In this document: piece by piece, positions 49,855 to 60,255 of the stretch | How the letters are laid out: each line of letters opens with the position of its first letter | How positions within the stretch are numbered: position 1 is the stretch's first letter | From: Spirulina sp. | GTDB taxonomy: Bacteria; Cyanobacteriota; Cyanobacteriia; Phormidesmidales; Phormidesmidaceae | Assembly: GCA_044070495.1 (NCBI GenBank) | Contig: JBIPSI010000010.1 | Span: 32,001 to 96,000 of the forward strand | DNA length: 64,000 bases | Direction: 5' to 3' | Program-made: the position numbers and the translations under genes | The notes under the pieces: generated by a model | What the model saw: the letters and a program-made list of their open reading frames with translations, nothing else | What the model was told of the DNA's origin: nothing | The model's database searches: none

Positions 49855-50925
49855 CTACGGGGCCGCTACTAGGGACGGTTCCACGGCACTGGCCAACTGC
49901 CGCAGCATCGTAGCCGTCGTCTCAAAGTCAACGCAGGCATCGGTGATGCTTTGGCCGTAGGTGAGTTCTCGCAGGTTGTCGGGGATGGGCTGGTTGCCTG
50001 CCTTCAGGTGACTCTCAATCATCACCCCTAGGATGTGGCGAGATCCGTTGCGCATTTGGGTGGCCACATCCTCTAGCACCGACACTTGGCGGGTGTGGTC
50101 TTTGTTGGCGTTGGCGTGGCTGCAATCGATCATCATGCGCGGGTTCAGCTTCAGCTTAGCCATTTCTTCGGCAGCATTTTCCACATGGGCTTGGCTGAAG
50201 TTGGGGCCACCCTTCCCCCCCCGCAGCACGAGGTGACAATCGGGATTGCCTGTGGTGGTAACGATGCTAGCCAGCCCGTGATGGTTAATCCCCAGAAAAT
50301 GGTGGGGCTGGCTGGCGGCGACCATGGCATTTTCCGCCGCTTGTAGACTGCCATCGGTGCTGTTTTTGAAGCCGATGGGCATAGATAACCCAGAAGCCAT
50401 TTCTCGGTGGGTTTGGCTTTCGGTGGTGCGGGCTCCAATCGCCGTCCAGGCAATTACGTCCGCGATGTATTGGGGTGTGACAGGATCCAGTAGTTCTGTG
50501 GCGGAGGGCAAACCTAGGTGGGCCAAATCAAGCAGCAGCTTGCGGGCAAGGCGCAGCCCGGTGTTGATGTCGTAGCTGCCGTCTAGGTGGGGATCGTTAA
50601 TCAAGCCCTTCCAGCCCACGTTGGTGCGGGGTTTTTCAAAATAGACCCGCATGATGATCTCCAACTGGCCCGATAGCTCGTGGCGCAGGTTCACCAGCTT
50701 TTGGCCATACTCGTAGGCGGCATCCACATCATGGACGGAACAGGGGCCAACAATCACCAGCAAGCGGCGATCTTCGTTGTAGAGAATGTGACGAATCCGA
50801 TCCCTGGCCGCAGACACCAGCGCCGCCGCCTCGTCGGTCATTGGTAGCTCGTGGTGCAGCAACGCCGGACTCACGAGGGGACGGGTCTCAACAACATGAA
50901 GATCTTGGGTCTGCTGCATAGCCAT
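49855..50925 (-). CDS. aroF: DAHP synthase, class I alpha
   Basis: GPCSVHD, RVYFEKPRT, IGARTTESQ.HRE.ASG, DCSHAN, YGQSITDAC. Confidence 0.95.
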   Translation of the reverse strand: MAMQQTQDLHVVETRPLVSPALLHHELPMTDEAAALVSAARDRIRHILYNEDRRLLVIVGPCSVHDVDAAYEYGQKLVNLRHELSGQLEIIMRVYFEKPRTNVGWKGLINDPHLDGSYDINTGLRLARKLLLDLAHLGLPSATELLDPVTPQYIADVIAWTAIGARTTESQTHREMASGLSMPIGFKNSTDGSLQAAENAMVAASQPHHFLGINHHGLASIVTTTGNPDCHLVLRGGKGGPNFSQAHVENAAEEMAKLKLNPRMMIDCSHANANKDHTRQVSVLEDVATQMRNGSRHILGVMIESHLKAGNQPIPDNLRELTYGQSITDACVDFETTATMLRQLASAVEPSLVAAP

Positions 50926-51247
50926 AGCCTAGGGAACGTGCAACGGGAAACAAAATTGAGTCTAACGAAGAAAATTCGCTGAAACCTTTGGGTACAGAGA
51001 AAGATTTTTAAATAGTAACGTAAGCCGTTAAGTCGCCTGAGGGGATCCCCAAGCCCCCGCTGACCCTTCTGGGCTACCCACACCCAACCCGACTTGACAA
51101 CCCCCAAGTCCCAGCCCGACCAGCCGTCGGGGCGAGGTCTTCTCGCCTGCTGATATCGGGAACAAGCAAGCCGGATCTAGAACCAGCACCCAACTCGCCC
51201 CAAATCCTGGATGGTTGGGTTTCGATGCGCTACACCCGGCAGATGGG

Positions 51248-51727
51248 TTAGGCGGTAAGGGCGGTGACGCCTTCCGGTTGCCCCAGGGCGGGCAGCATTT
51301 CCACGGCGGTGTTATTGAACAGCACCATGGTGGTGGAGGGGTTTTCCTCAAAGCCGATGCGCTGGTAAAAGCCCTGCTGGCGGGTGGTCATCAAATACAC
51401 CCGCTCCACTCGGCTCATGTGGGGATGGCTGAGCAGAGTTTCCACCATTTTGCGGCCCAGCCCGCCCCCCTGGTAGGCCGGGTCGATCACCACATCCCAA
51501 ATGGTGGCCCGAAATACGCCGTCGGAGGTAGCCCGCGCAAAGCCCATTAGCACCTCGCCATCCCAGGCGGTTACCACCGGAAAACTGTGGGCAATGGCGG
51601 TGGCCATGTCGGCCTCGGTGCGATCCTGCGCCCAAAAGGCGGCAGTCCGAAACAAGCGGATGACTTGGGCCAAGTCGCCCTCAGAAAATTGGTCGGCATA
51701 CTTGAAGCGAATGGTGCTGCAATCCAT
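51248..51727 (-). CDS. GNAT N-acetyltransferase (Ycf52-like)
   Basis: GFARATSDG..RATIWDVV, YQGGGLG, FYQRIGF. Confidence 0.92.
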   Translation of the reverse strand: MDCSTIRFKYADQFSEGDLAQVIRLFRTAAFWAQDRTEADMATAIAHSFPVVTAWDGEVLMGFARATSDGVFRATIWDVVIDPAYQGGGLGRKMVETLLSHPHMSRVERVYLMTTRQQGFYQRIGFEENPSTTMVLFNNTAVEMLPALGQPEGVTALTA

Positions 51728-52324
51728 CAGAAACCTGCTGTTCCCGGTACGGGCTATGGGTGGTTAGACGAAAGACTATGGACGGACAGAGAACCGCCGA
51801 AGGGCCGTTTCCTCAGGACAAGCCATGGAGAAGAGAAGATCGGCAGTGCAATCACAGGGGCGAAAGCTGAGAAACGTAAACTTTCTCTAGTCAGAATAAA
51901 CAGATTTTCTGAATAGTGGTATACCAAAATGGAAATTCCCTTGACATTGTCAGGATTTTCTAACACAAGCATCTGTCCCATTCTGCCCAATCCCGTCCCA
52001 AAGGAGCATGACCTCGTAAGGTGCATCGTCTGCGGCCATCCCTTGGTCGGAGAACGCAACAGGATTCTGTCGGTGCTATGTCCACGTACGACGGCTGATC
52101 CACAGGCGAGGGCCAGTAGCAATCCACTGAATCCAACGAGAAACCGGAGTTGCCGTCACCGTCCCTGTGCTCTTACCCCTACGATCAAGGTCTATGCGGC
52201 TGAACCAACCGTGCCCTCAGTTGCACGTCAAAATCTAGGGAACCACAATGAGAACATTTAGCCTCAGCGATCAGGTCTTCCCTTAATAGGTCATTTTCGG
52301 CCTATTAGAACCTCCTAGGAGGCA

Positions 52325-53641
52325 TCATTGGGGTCGAATCACCGACACGCCGTAGGCCTGGGCGGAGAGGAACTGCTGGGCGGCCCGCTGCACATCGGCC
52401 ACCGTGAGGCGCTGGATATGGTTGGGATAGTGGAGGCCATCGGTAATGTTGCCGGTGAGGGTGTGGTAAAAGCCGTAGAGTCCGGCGCGGTCGCTGGGGG
52501 TTTCGTTGGCAAAGATAAAGCGGTTGGCCACTTGGGTTTGCACCCGCCGCAGTTCCGTCGGGCTAACGGGGGTATCGATGACCGCTTGAATGTGGTCGGT
52601 AATGGCCTGTTCTACGGTGTCTAGGTGTTCTGGGTCGAGCTTGGCCGACACCATAAACGCCCCCTGGTAGGCCAGGGTCATATTGCTACAGCCGATGCTG
52701 CTCACTAGCTTGCGATCTTCCCGCAGGTCGCTCACTAGGCGGGAGGTGCGCCCTCGGCCCAGCACCGAAGCCAGAATATCCAGGGCGTAGGTGTCCTCCA
52801 CATCCACTAGGCCCGGTACCCGCCAGGTCAGGGTGAGGCGAGCTTGGGTCAGGGTGGGGTCGAGGTGAACCACGCGCTGAACGGTGGGGAAGGGAGTTTC
52901 TAGGTCGTAGTCCAGCAGGGGTTTGAACTGTTCGATGGAGGGAGAGGGATGCCGCTGCCATTGCCGCTGGGTGATAGCTTGATCAAAGCCCTCGGCTACG
53001 GTGGCGATTAAGTCCTCCACGGGCAAATTGCCCACGGCCACGGCGGTCATGCTCTGGGGTTGGTACCAGGTGCCGTGGAAATCGCGCATTTGATCGACCG
53101 CTAGGGTCTCAATCACGTCGGTTGGCCCTAGCACCGGGCGACGGTAGGGCAGTCGCTCGAAGGTGAGTTCCATGGATCGGGCGTAGGTGCGGCGACGGGG
53201 GTTGTCGTCAGCGCGGCGAATTTCTTCGAGAATCACGGGCCGCTCCCGTTCAAAGTCCGTTTCGCTGAGGCGGGGGGCCACCACCATCTGAATTTGCAGG
53301 GGGGCCAGATCCCGAAAGTCTTGGGGAGCAGCGGTGATGTAGTACTTGGTGTAGTCCTGGCTGGTAGCGGCGTTGGTGACGGCTCCCCGTTCCTCGATGC
53401 GGCGCTCAAATTCGCCGCAGGGCAGGGCAGCAGTGCCCTTAAAAATCATGTGCTCTAAAAAATGGGCCATGCCGTTGATGGCGTCACTTTCCACCGCCGA
53501 ACCCACCCGCAACCACAGGCTGAGGTTGACCACCTCTAGGGGCATTTGCTCGGCAATGATCGTGAGGCCGTTGGGCAGGCGACGGATAGTGGGGGACACC
53601 AGAAGTGCAGAGGGGGCAGCGGTTGCTGAGAGCAAAGCCAT
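52325..53641 (-). CDS. M16-family zinc peptidase
   Basis: HFLEH motif, NAATSQDYT, ER.VILEEI. Confidence 0.94.
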   Translation of the reverse strand: MALLSATAAPSALLVSPTIRRLPNGLTIIAEQMPLEVVNLSLWLRVGSAVESDAINGMAHFLEHMIFKGTAALPCGEFERRIEERGAVTNAATSQDYTKYYITAAPQDFRDLAPLQIQMVVAPRLSETDFERERPVILEEIRRADDNPRRRTYARSMELTFERLPYRRPVLGPTDVIETLAVDQMRDFHGTWYQPQSMTAVAVGNLPVEDLIATVAEGFDQAITQRQWQRHPSPSIEQFKPLLDYDLETPFPTVQRVVHLDPTLTQARLTLTWRVPGLVDVEDTYALDILASVLGRGRTSRLVSDLREDRKLVSSIGCSNMTLAYQGAFMVSAKLDPEHLDTVEQAITDHIQAVIDTPVSPTELRRVQTQVANRFIFANETPSDRAGLYGFYHTLTGNITDGLHYPNHIQRLTVADVQRAAQQFLSAQAYGVSVIRPQ

Positions 53642-53918
53642 AGATTAGAGGGGATAGCGCCCAGGGGCATACTCCGACCATCTTAACGACTGACCGCCCG
53701 TCTGTCTGGGACTTGCGTTACATTCCCTCGCATTTCAACCCTGGGTTGGCGTTAATTCTGTTGGCGCTCATCATCATCATCCTGTGACGGTCGCTGTAGC
53801 GGTAGGAGCCTGCGCGGTAGGGGCTGGAGGTGGGATGTTCCCAACGATCCGCAAAGTCCGTGACCCATGTTTGGGAAAGTATTGTAAATTTCGGGTATGT
53901 GGAGTGGGGAAAGCGCCC

Positions 53919-54647
53919 GTGAGCACCTGGATTAAGGAAACTGACATTGCCATTTATTTGATGCAGGGCGGCTACTGGATTTCTCGCATCACCAAGTATC
54001 CTTCCCAGAACAACCCTAAGGAGAAGGTAGTCAACATCGCCAGCCTCAAGGCTTGGTTTACCCGCGAAGACTACCCCCGCGCCATGACCGTGGCCATCGG
54101 CACCGGAGCCCCGGAACCCCAGCCCATGCCACCCCCCACGCCGCAACCCGCAACTCGGACGGCCACCGGCAGCAACAGCCGCATCAACGCGGCGGGGCTA
54201 GCGGTGATTAAGGTCTTCGAGGGCTTAGCCACCACCGCCTACCCCGACCCCGGCACCGGCGGCGAACCCTGGACCATTGGCTATGGCCACACCTCCGCCG
54301 CCGGAGACCCCAAGGTTTACCCTGGGTTGAAAATTACCGCTGCCCAGGCCGAAGAAATTCTCAAGCGCGACCTGCTGGTGTTTGAGCGGGCCGTTACCCA
54401 ATCCGTAACCCGCACCCCCACGAGCAACCAGTTTGCCGCCCTGGTATCTTTTACCTTTAACGTGGGGCCAAACAACCTGCGAACCTCCACCCTGCTGAAA
54501 AAGCACAACGCTGGCGACACCGCTGGGGCGGCCAACGAATTCCTCAAGTGGGTCTATGCCGGTGGGCGCGTGATGGCGGGCTTAGAGCGTCGGCGTAAGG
54601 CAGAGCGGGCACTCTACCTGGGGCAAAACTATCAGGCGTTTCTCTAG
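53919..54647 (+). CDS. GH24 phage-type lysozyme with N-terminal unknown domain and Pro-rich linker
   Basis: FEG...AYPD...WTIGYGHT, QFAALVSFTFNVG, GLERRRKAERALY; GTG start at 53919 inferred. Confidence 0.88.
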   Translation: MSTWIKETDIAIYLMQGGYWISRITKYPSQNNPKEKVVNIASLKAWFTREDYPRAMTVAIGTGAPEPQPMPPPTPQPATRTATGSNSRINAAGLAVIKVFEGLATTAYPDPGTGGEPWTIGYGHTSAAGDPKVYPGLKITAAQAEEILKRDLLVFERAVTQSVTRTPTSNQFAALVSFTFNVGPNNLRTSTLLKKHNAGDTAGAANEFLKWVYAGGRVMAGLERRRKAERALYLGQNYQAFL

Positions 54648-54707
54648 GATTCCTCTGAAGCAGTGACGTCGCAACTTGCCTCCAGAGAATTCCAGAGAAG
54701 CTACCTC

Positions 54708-55109
54708 TTAGGCCACCGTTGCCGCTTTGTAAGCCGCCCAGCCGCCATACTCGGAAATATCTGGCCAGCCATGCTCGTCAATCAGAGCCTTGGGATAGAG
54801 AAACGCCGTGGCCGTACCGCCGTCCGCCAGGTGTACCTCATGGGGGTACATATGGGGGGGTTCATTATCCTTCAAATAGGTGTACTGTTCTGGGGTCATG
54901 GCATAAAGTTCCCCAGGAATGGAAATGCCCCCATCGCCCACTTCATAGATGCCGGGGTGCCAACCATCCTTCACGGCGTGTAAACGGTAGATAGGTGCTG
55001 TTTGTGCCGCCCGCAAAAACTCAGCGCCCTGGAGATTCTGGTTATCAGGCTGCCCCCGCAAAGCAGACCCACAGATAAATACCGTAATAGATGCCGATGA
55101 GTCAGTCAT
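54708..55109 (-). CDS. Gamma-glutamylcyclotransferase-fold protein (allophanate hydrolase C-domain-like)
   Basis: FICGSALRGQP, TAPIYRL, I.GELY, DISEYGGWAAY. Confidence 0.75.
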   Translation of the reverse strand: MTDSSASITVFICGSALRGQPDNQNLQGAEFLRAAQTAPIYRLHAVKDGWHPGIYEVGDGGISIPGELYAMTPEQYTYLKDNEPPHMYPHEVHLADGGTATAFLYPKALIDEHGWPDISEYGGWAAYKAATVA

Positions 55110-55250
55110 AGCTACCTCGTATGATCGATGCTGGATAGAATTCGGTTGAAGTTCTCCCTAGAAACCAGCGGAGGCTCCGCCAGAAGCCCCCATGCCAGAG
55201 AAAGAAACCCCAAATTAAACCTATCACCTAAGAGAGTCTTCCCTGTCCGC

Positions 55251-55883
55251 CTAAATCACTCGGCCATTGGGTTCCAGCAGGCTGAGGCGATAGATGGCAT
55301 CCGTCGTGGTAATTAGGGTTTCATCGCCTCGGCGGGCTAGTTTAGCGGCAATGTCCAGCAGCTTGCCCGCATCCTTATCCTGCTTAAAGATGCTGTAGTA
55401 GCGGTTGCGATAGGCAATGGCCGCTAGGGGCTTGGCCACATCGGGCACCTGCACTTGGCACAGTTGGTAGGCCTGGGGATCGCTCAGCAGGAGGCAGTTT
55501 TTGGGGCCAAAGACGGGGTAGATACGATGGTTGGGCTGTCGGGGAGGAGGGGCATACTGGGCCTGGGGTTCGTAGGCCCAAATGGCATAGCCCTGTTTCG
55601 TCAGGGTAATAGCTACCTTGTCATCGCGCTTACCCAGACGCGCCACAATCTCCAAAAGCTTTTGCGGGTTGCCAATCACTTTGAAGAAACTATAGAACTG
55701 ATTGTCCACGTACACCGCTGAGAGGCGATGGCCAACGTCCTCCGTCCAGATATGGCAGGGCGTGTAGAGATCCCGGTCAAAGAGAAACTTGCATTCGATG
55801 GCGTGGGCAGGGGAATCAGCCAAGGCTGCGAGGGAGTCGAGGGGAGAAGGCACGGGTGTAGGGGAGGTAGGGCGGTATATCAC
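55251..55883 (-). CDS. Hypothetical protein with an internally duplicated domain
   Basis: L.A......YS.FK......KLL.I.A.L..R.D...IT.T occurs twice. Confidence 0.7.
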   Translation of the reverse strand: MIYRPTSPTPVPSPLDSLAALADSPAHAIECKFLFDRDLYTPCHIWTEDVGHRLSAVYVDNQFYSFFKVIGNPQKLLEIVARLGKRDDKVAITLTKQGYAIWAYEPQAQYAPPPRQPNHRIYPVFGPKNCLLLSDPQAYQLCQVQVPDVAKPLAAIAYRNRYYSIFKQDKDAGKLLDIAAKLARRGDETLITTTDAIYRLSLLEPNGRVI

Positions 55884-56197
55884 GATTATGACCGAGGCAC
55901 AGCCCCAGGCGAAGGGTAGGTGTACCCCATACCATGGGAGACTTGGCGAAATTTCCCAACCCTGAAATAACGGATTTTAGTCTCGCAAAAAAATAACGCG
56001 TTGGGGAAATCTACGGAGATCGTTAATCCCTAGTGTACCGATTTTATTTTGAGTGGGGCAGTGCGGATCCATACCGTTTTGCCTGAGGAGCAGGTAACCT
56101 CAGCCCAGGCTTCCATCCCCTCGATCCAGCGAGGCAAAATCGGCCCTTGGGCGGGTCAATTCCTGATATGGTGAGACTAAATGCCCTTACAGAACCT

Positions 56198-58249
56198 ATG
56201 GTTGCCACGGTAGATTCCCCGATTCCGGTTGTCTTTCCCCTTGCGGCGGTGGTCGAGCAGGGGGCGATTAAAATGGCCCTTCTGCTAGCCGCCGTGGATC
56301 CTAGTCTGGGGGGAGTGGTGATTGCCGGACGGCGAGGAACGGCGAAGTCGGTGATGGCGCGAGCGCTGCACCAGCTTTTGCCCCCCATTGAAGTGGTGGA
56401 AGGATCCTGCTGCAACGCCGACCCCACCGATGCCCACCAGTGGGACGACCAAACCCTAGCTCGCTTTCCGGGTGGGGAAGCCACCGTTGACCTGCCGACG
56501 CGGGTGGTTCCGGCCCCCTTTATTCAGGTGCCCCTGGGGGTCACTGAGGATCGGCTGCTGGGTTCTGTGGATGTGGCCAAGTCGATCCAGGCGGGAGAGA
56601 GTGTCTTTCAGCCCGGATTGCTGGCGGAGGCCAACCGGGGAGTGCTGTACGTCGATGAACTTAACCTCCTGGATGACCAAATCGCCAACCTGCTGCTGGC
56701 GGCCCTAACGGATCGACGCAACCAGCTAGAACGGGAGGGGTTGAGTTTTCAGCACCCCTGCGCTCCCCTACTGATTGCCACCTACAACCCCGAAGAGGGG
56801 CCACTGCGGGAACATCTATTGGATCGAATTGCCATTGCCCTGTCGGCGGATGGGGCAATGACCCTAGAAAATCGGGTGGCGGTGGTGGATCAAACCAGTC
56901 GCTATGCGGCGGATGCCCAGGGCTTTTTGGCGGACTATGCCGACGAAATCGACGCCCTCCAAACCCAAGTTATTCTGGCGCGGGAGTGGCTGAAGGACGT
57001 GATCATCAGCCGAGAGCAGGTGCAGTACTTGGTAACGGAGGCCCTACGGGGGGGCATCCAGGGGCATCGAGCCGAAATTTTTGCGGTGCGGGTGGCCAAG
57101 GCCCACGCCGCCCTAGAGGGGCGAGCCGAGGTGAACGCCGATGATCTGCGGGTGGCCGTGGAACTGGTGATTGTGCCCCGGTCTCAGTTGGCCCAGGAGA
57201 TGCCGCCGGAGGAGCCGCCGCCGCCGCCGCCCCCACCTCAAACCAATCCCGAAGACAACGATCCCCAGGATCAGCAGGAGGATCAGGACAATCAGGAGGA
57301 CGAGGACGAAGACGACTCCGACAACGACGAAGATGAAGCGCCCCCCAGCATTCCTGAGGAGTTTGTGTTTGATCCAGAGGGGGTAATCCTCGATCCCTCC
57401 ATGCTGGTATTTGCCCAAACCATGGGTCGCCAGGGTGCATCGGGTCGGCAGAGCTTGGTGTTTTCCGACGAGCGGGGCCGCTACATCAAGCCCTTTTTGC
57501 CCCAAGGACCCGTACGCCGCATTGCCGTGGATGCCACCCTGCGAGCCGCCGCCCCCTACCAAAAGTCGCGCCGGGAGCGGCAACCCCATCGGCGGGTGAT
57601 CGTGGAATCAGGGGATATTCGAGCCAAGCGGTTGGCGCGGCGGGCGGGGTCGCTGATTATTTTTGTGGTGGATGCCTCCGGGTCCATGGCCCTCAATCGC
57701 ATGCAGTCGGCTAAAGGGGCGGTGCTGAACCTATTGACCGAAGCCTACCAAAACCGCGACCAGGTGGCCCTGATTCCCTTTCGGGGCGAACAGGCAGAGG
57801 TATTGTTGCCCCCCACTCGATCCATCGCCATGGCCCGTCGTCGCCTAGAGCGGATGCCCTGTGGAGGCGGATCGCCCTTGGCCCACGGCCTCACCCAGGC
57901 GGTACGAGTGGGCACCAATGCCCAGCAGTCGGGGGATATTGGCAACGTGGTGATTGTGGCGATTACCGACGGGCGGGGCAATATTCCCTTGGCTCGTTCC
58001 CTGGGGGAAACCCTCGATTCTGAGGAAAAGCCCGACATCAAGCAGGAACTGTTAGATATTGCCGCCCGGATTCGCGGCATTGGTCACCAGTTGTTAATTA
58101 TCGACACCGAGCGCAAGTTCGTCTCCACAGGATTTGGTAAAGAATTAGCCAGAACCGCTGGCGGACGGTACTACCAACTGCCCAAAGCCACCGACCAAGC
58201 CATTGCCGCCATGGCACGGGGAGCCATCGCCGATATGAAGACTGGGTAA
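56198..58249 (+). CDS. chlD: Magnesium chelatase subunit D
   Basis: GRRGTAKS, acidic/Pro linker, vWA DASGSM, ITDGRGN. Confidence 0.97.
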   Translation: MVATVDSPIPVVFPLAAVVEQGAIKMALLLAAVDPSLGGVVIAGRRGTAKSVMARALHQLLPPIEVVEGSCCNADPTDAHQWDDQTLARFPGGEATVDLPTRVVPAPFIQVPLGVTEDRLLGSVDVAKSIQAGESVFQPGLLAEANRGVLYVDELNLLDDQIANLLLAALTDRRNQLEREGLSFQHPCAPLLIATYNPEEGPLREHLLDRIAIALSADGAMTLENRVAVVDQTSRYAADAQGFLADYADEIDALQTQVILAREWLKDVIISREQVQYLVTEALRGGIQGHRAEIFAVRVAKAHAALEGRAEVNADDLRVAVELVIVPRSQLAQEMPPEEPPPPPPPPQTNPEDNDPQDQQEDQDNQEDEDEDDSDNDEDEAPPSIPEEFVFDPEGVILDPSMLVFAQTMGRQGASGRQSLVFSDERGRYIKPFLPQGPVRRIAVDATLRAAAPYQKSRRERQPHRRVIVESGDIRAKRLARRAGSLIIFVVDASGSMALNRMQSAKGAVLNLLTEAYQNRDQVALIPFRGEQAEVLLPPTRSIAMARRRLERMPCGGGSPLAHGLTQAVRVGTNAQQSGDIGNVVIVAITDGRGNIPLARSLGETLDSEEKPDIKQELLDIAARIRGIGHQLLIIDTERKFVSTGFGKELARTAGGRYYQLPKATDQAIAAMARGAIADMKTG

Positions 58250-58380
58250 ACTCCGGTAACTTTAAAACTTGCCATGGCGCTTCCCCCAGCGGAGTAGGGC
58301 AATATGAGGATGACTTGACCGAAATGTCTTTTCTGACCCCTGCCCCCTCAACCGATAGCTTTGCCCTATCGTAGGTTGCT

Positions 58381-60237
58381 ATGGAACATCGCGTGTCATC
58401 TCTCTCCGACGGACAGCGCCTGCTGGCAGCCATCATGGTGACCGATGCCGTGGGGTTTAGTGCCCGCATGTCCGTGGATGAGGCCCTTACCCTGCGGTTG
58501 ATTGATCGAGACTTAACCCTGATTGCCCAAATTTGTGTGGCCTTTGGCGGCAAGGTGCTCAAGTCTACGGGGGACGGGCTGCTGATGTATTTTCTCAGCG
58601 CCGTAGAAGCCGTATCCTGTGGTCTGGAAATGCAGCGTCAACTCGCGGAACAAACCCTAGGTCTAGAGACAGAACAATACCTTGACCATCGCATTGGCAT
58701 TCACCTGGGCGATATCGTCGTCAGCGAACAGGACGTGATGGGCAATGGTGTGAATATCACCGCCCGTCTCCAAACCTATGCCCAGCCTCGGGGCATCTGT
58801 GTCTCACAAACCATCTTTGACGTGGTTAAGGCCCGCCTGAATCTCAATGCCACTTTCCTAGGGGCGCTATCCCTCAAGAATATCCACGAGCCTGTCCCGG
58901 CCTACCAGATCCATCTCTACCCCGATCCCGATTCTGGCCCACCCTCCACTGGGGAGCCAACCTATACGGTACCCATGAGCGCAGACGCCCTGCTCGGCAC
59001 GGCTATCTATGCACTTACCCACCATGATCAGGCGATCCGTATCAAAAAGCTGCTGTTTGCCACCTACCAACAGTCCTGGGAAAATGACCCATCGGTGCTA
59101 AATCAGTTTGACCTTCACACCCTGCTGTTGTCCCTGCGGGAACGCTATCCCACCTTGGGCGATCTGGATCAACAGCTTCAGCGGGTGGTCTTAGGGCTAA
59201 ACCGACAAGGGGTGTATATGGAGGTTGCCGCCCTCATTTTGAGGGAACTTCAGCCCTGGTATGTGCGCACCCTGCACCCCACCACGGAGGAACTCCAAAA
59301 CGGCACTACGGTTCTCACGGTACGTTCGTTAGAGGAACGCTGCGATCTCATTGCCCAACACTTCATTCAGCAAGAAGACTTTCTGCGTCTGCGCAAGCTG
59401 CTGTACTGCCTTGTGTACAACACCTGGGAGAATGAGTCCACCGTGATGGATCAGGTGGACCTGCCGTCGTTAATTCAGCAGGTGGTGCAAACCGCTCCCC
59501 AGAGTCAGGATTTACGCTATCACCTAGGACGCATTGTCAGTCGGCTAAATCGTCGGCGAGAGTATACCCGGTTGGCCAATACCCTGATTCAGTTGCTCCG
59601 CCCCCTCTATGCCACGGTAGGGGTCGCCCAGTTGTCGCCTCCCCTCAGTAGCGAACCTCAAGATTCGGCCCCAGATCATACCGTGGTCACCCCTACCCCG
59701 TCGCTGACCGGCAGTGGAGAGGTGACCACCCTCCAGTCAGCCTCTCCTCCCCTAGCCCACCAGGGCATCACAGCCCCAGCGGTGGGATCCCCACACCCAA
59801 TTCGAGATCGTCGGGTGTTGTTTGATCTGCGGATTGACATTTTGCAGTATGCCAATCCCCTGCGGGCTAAAATTTTGCTGCATTCGTGTCTCCATGGCCC
59901 CTTCAGCTATACCGCCCCAGACTGGACTAACCTTAAACACATCACCCTCGAAGACCTGCTCCACGGGATTTTTGAATATTGTCCAAGCTATACGGACTTA
60001 GAGAGTAAGCTGACGATTATGGCCCATTGTCTAGGGCAAGCCGAGGAAACTATTCCCGTGGCTAATGCCATTACCCGGGCAATTCGGGCATACTATCCTC
60101 AAGATCCAGACGTGCCCCTAGAACCTCCCGATCTGCCGGGGGACTTGGGCCCAGAGGCAAACTCGTTGCCTACCCAAGAGTCCTCCTCCTCAGCCGCAAC
60201 GCCCTATCCGCGTTCCTCGGCGCTATCCTCCGCCTAG
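58381..60237 (+). CDS. Class III adenylate/guanylate cyclase fused to three helical repeats
   Basis: TDAVGFS, KSTGDG, RIGIHLGD, DVMGNGVNITARLQ. Confidence 0.88.
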   Translation: MEHRVSSLSDGQRLLAAIMVTDAVGFSARMSVDEALTLRLIDRDLTLIAQICVAFGGKVLKSTGDGLLMYFLSAVEAVSCGLEMQRQLAEQTLGLETEQYLDHRIGIHLGDIVVSEQDVMGNGVNITARLQTYAQPRGICVSQTIFDVVKARLNLNATFLGALSLKNIHEPVPAYQIHLYPDPDSGPPSTGEPTYTVPMSADALLGTAIYALTHHDQAIRIKKLLFATYQQSWENDPSVLNQFDLHTLLLSLRERYPTLGDLDQQLQRVVLGLNRQGVYMEVAALILRELQPWYVRTLHPTTEELQNGTTVLTVRSLEERCDLIAQHFIQQEDFLRLRKLLYCLVYNTWENESTVMDQVDLPSLIQQVVQTAPQSQDLRYHLGRIVSRLNRRREYTRLANTLIQLLRPLYATVGVAQLSPPLSSEPQDSAPDHTVVTPTPSLTGSGEVTTLQSASPPLAHQGITAPAVGSPHPIRDRRVLFDLRIDILQYANPLRAKILLHSCLHGPFSYTAPDWTNLKHITLEDLLHGIFEYCPSYTDLESKLTIMAHCLGQAEETIPVANAITRAIRAYYPQDPDVPLEPPDLPGDLGPEANSLPTQESSSSAATPYPRSSALSSA

Positions 60238-60255
60238 TGCCCCTAGGGTGTTTGT

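Noticed and set aside
50930..51240. Attenuator or riboswitch upstream of DAHP synthase
   Set aside because: Several small hairpins, but no aromatic-rich leader ORF and no aptamer consensus recognised.
51754..52261. ORFs 51754-52122 (-) and 51929-52261 (+) in the GNAT-M16 spacer
   Set aside because: No recognisable motifs or convincing RBS; an sRNA here cannot be excluded but nothing supports it.
52325..55883. Prophage around the lysozyme gene
   Set aside because: Flanking genes are host-type; no holin, integrase or structural genes.
57200..57340. Pro/acidic low-complexity tract
   Set aside because: This is the normal ChlD linker.
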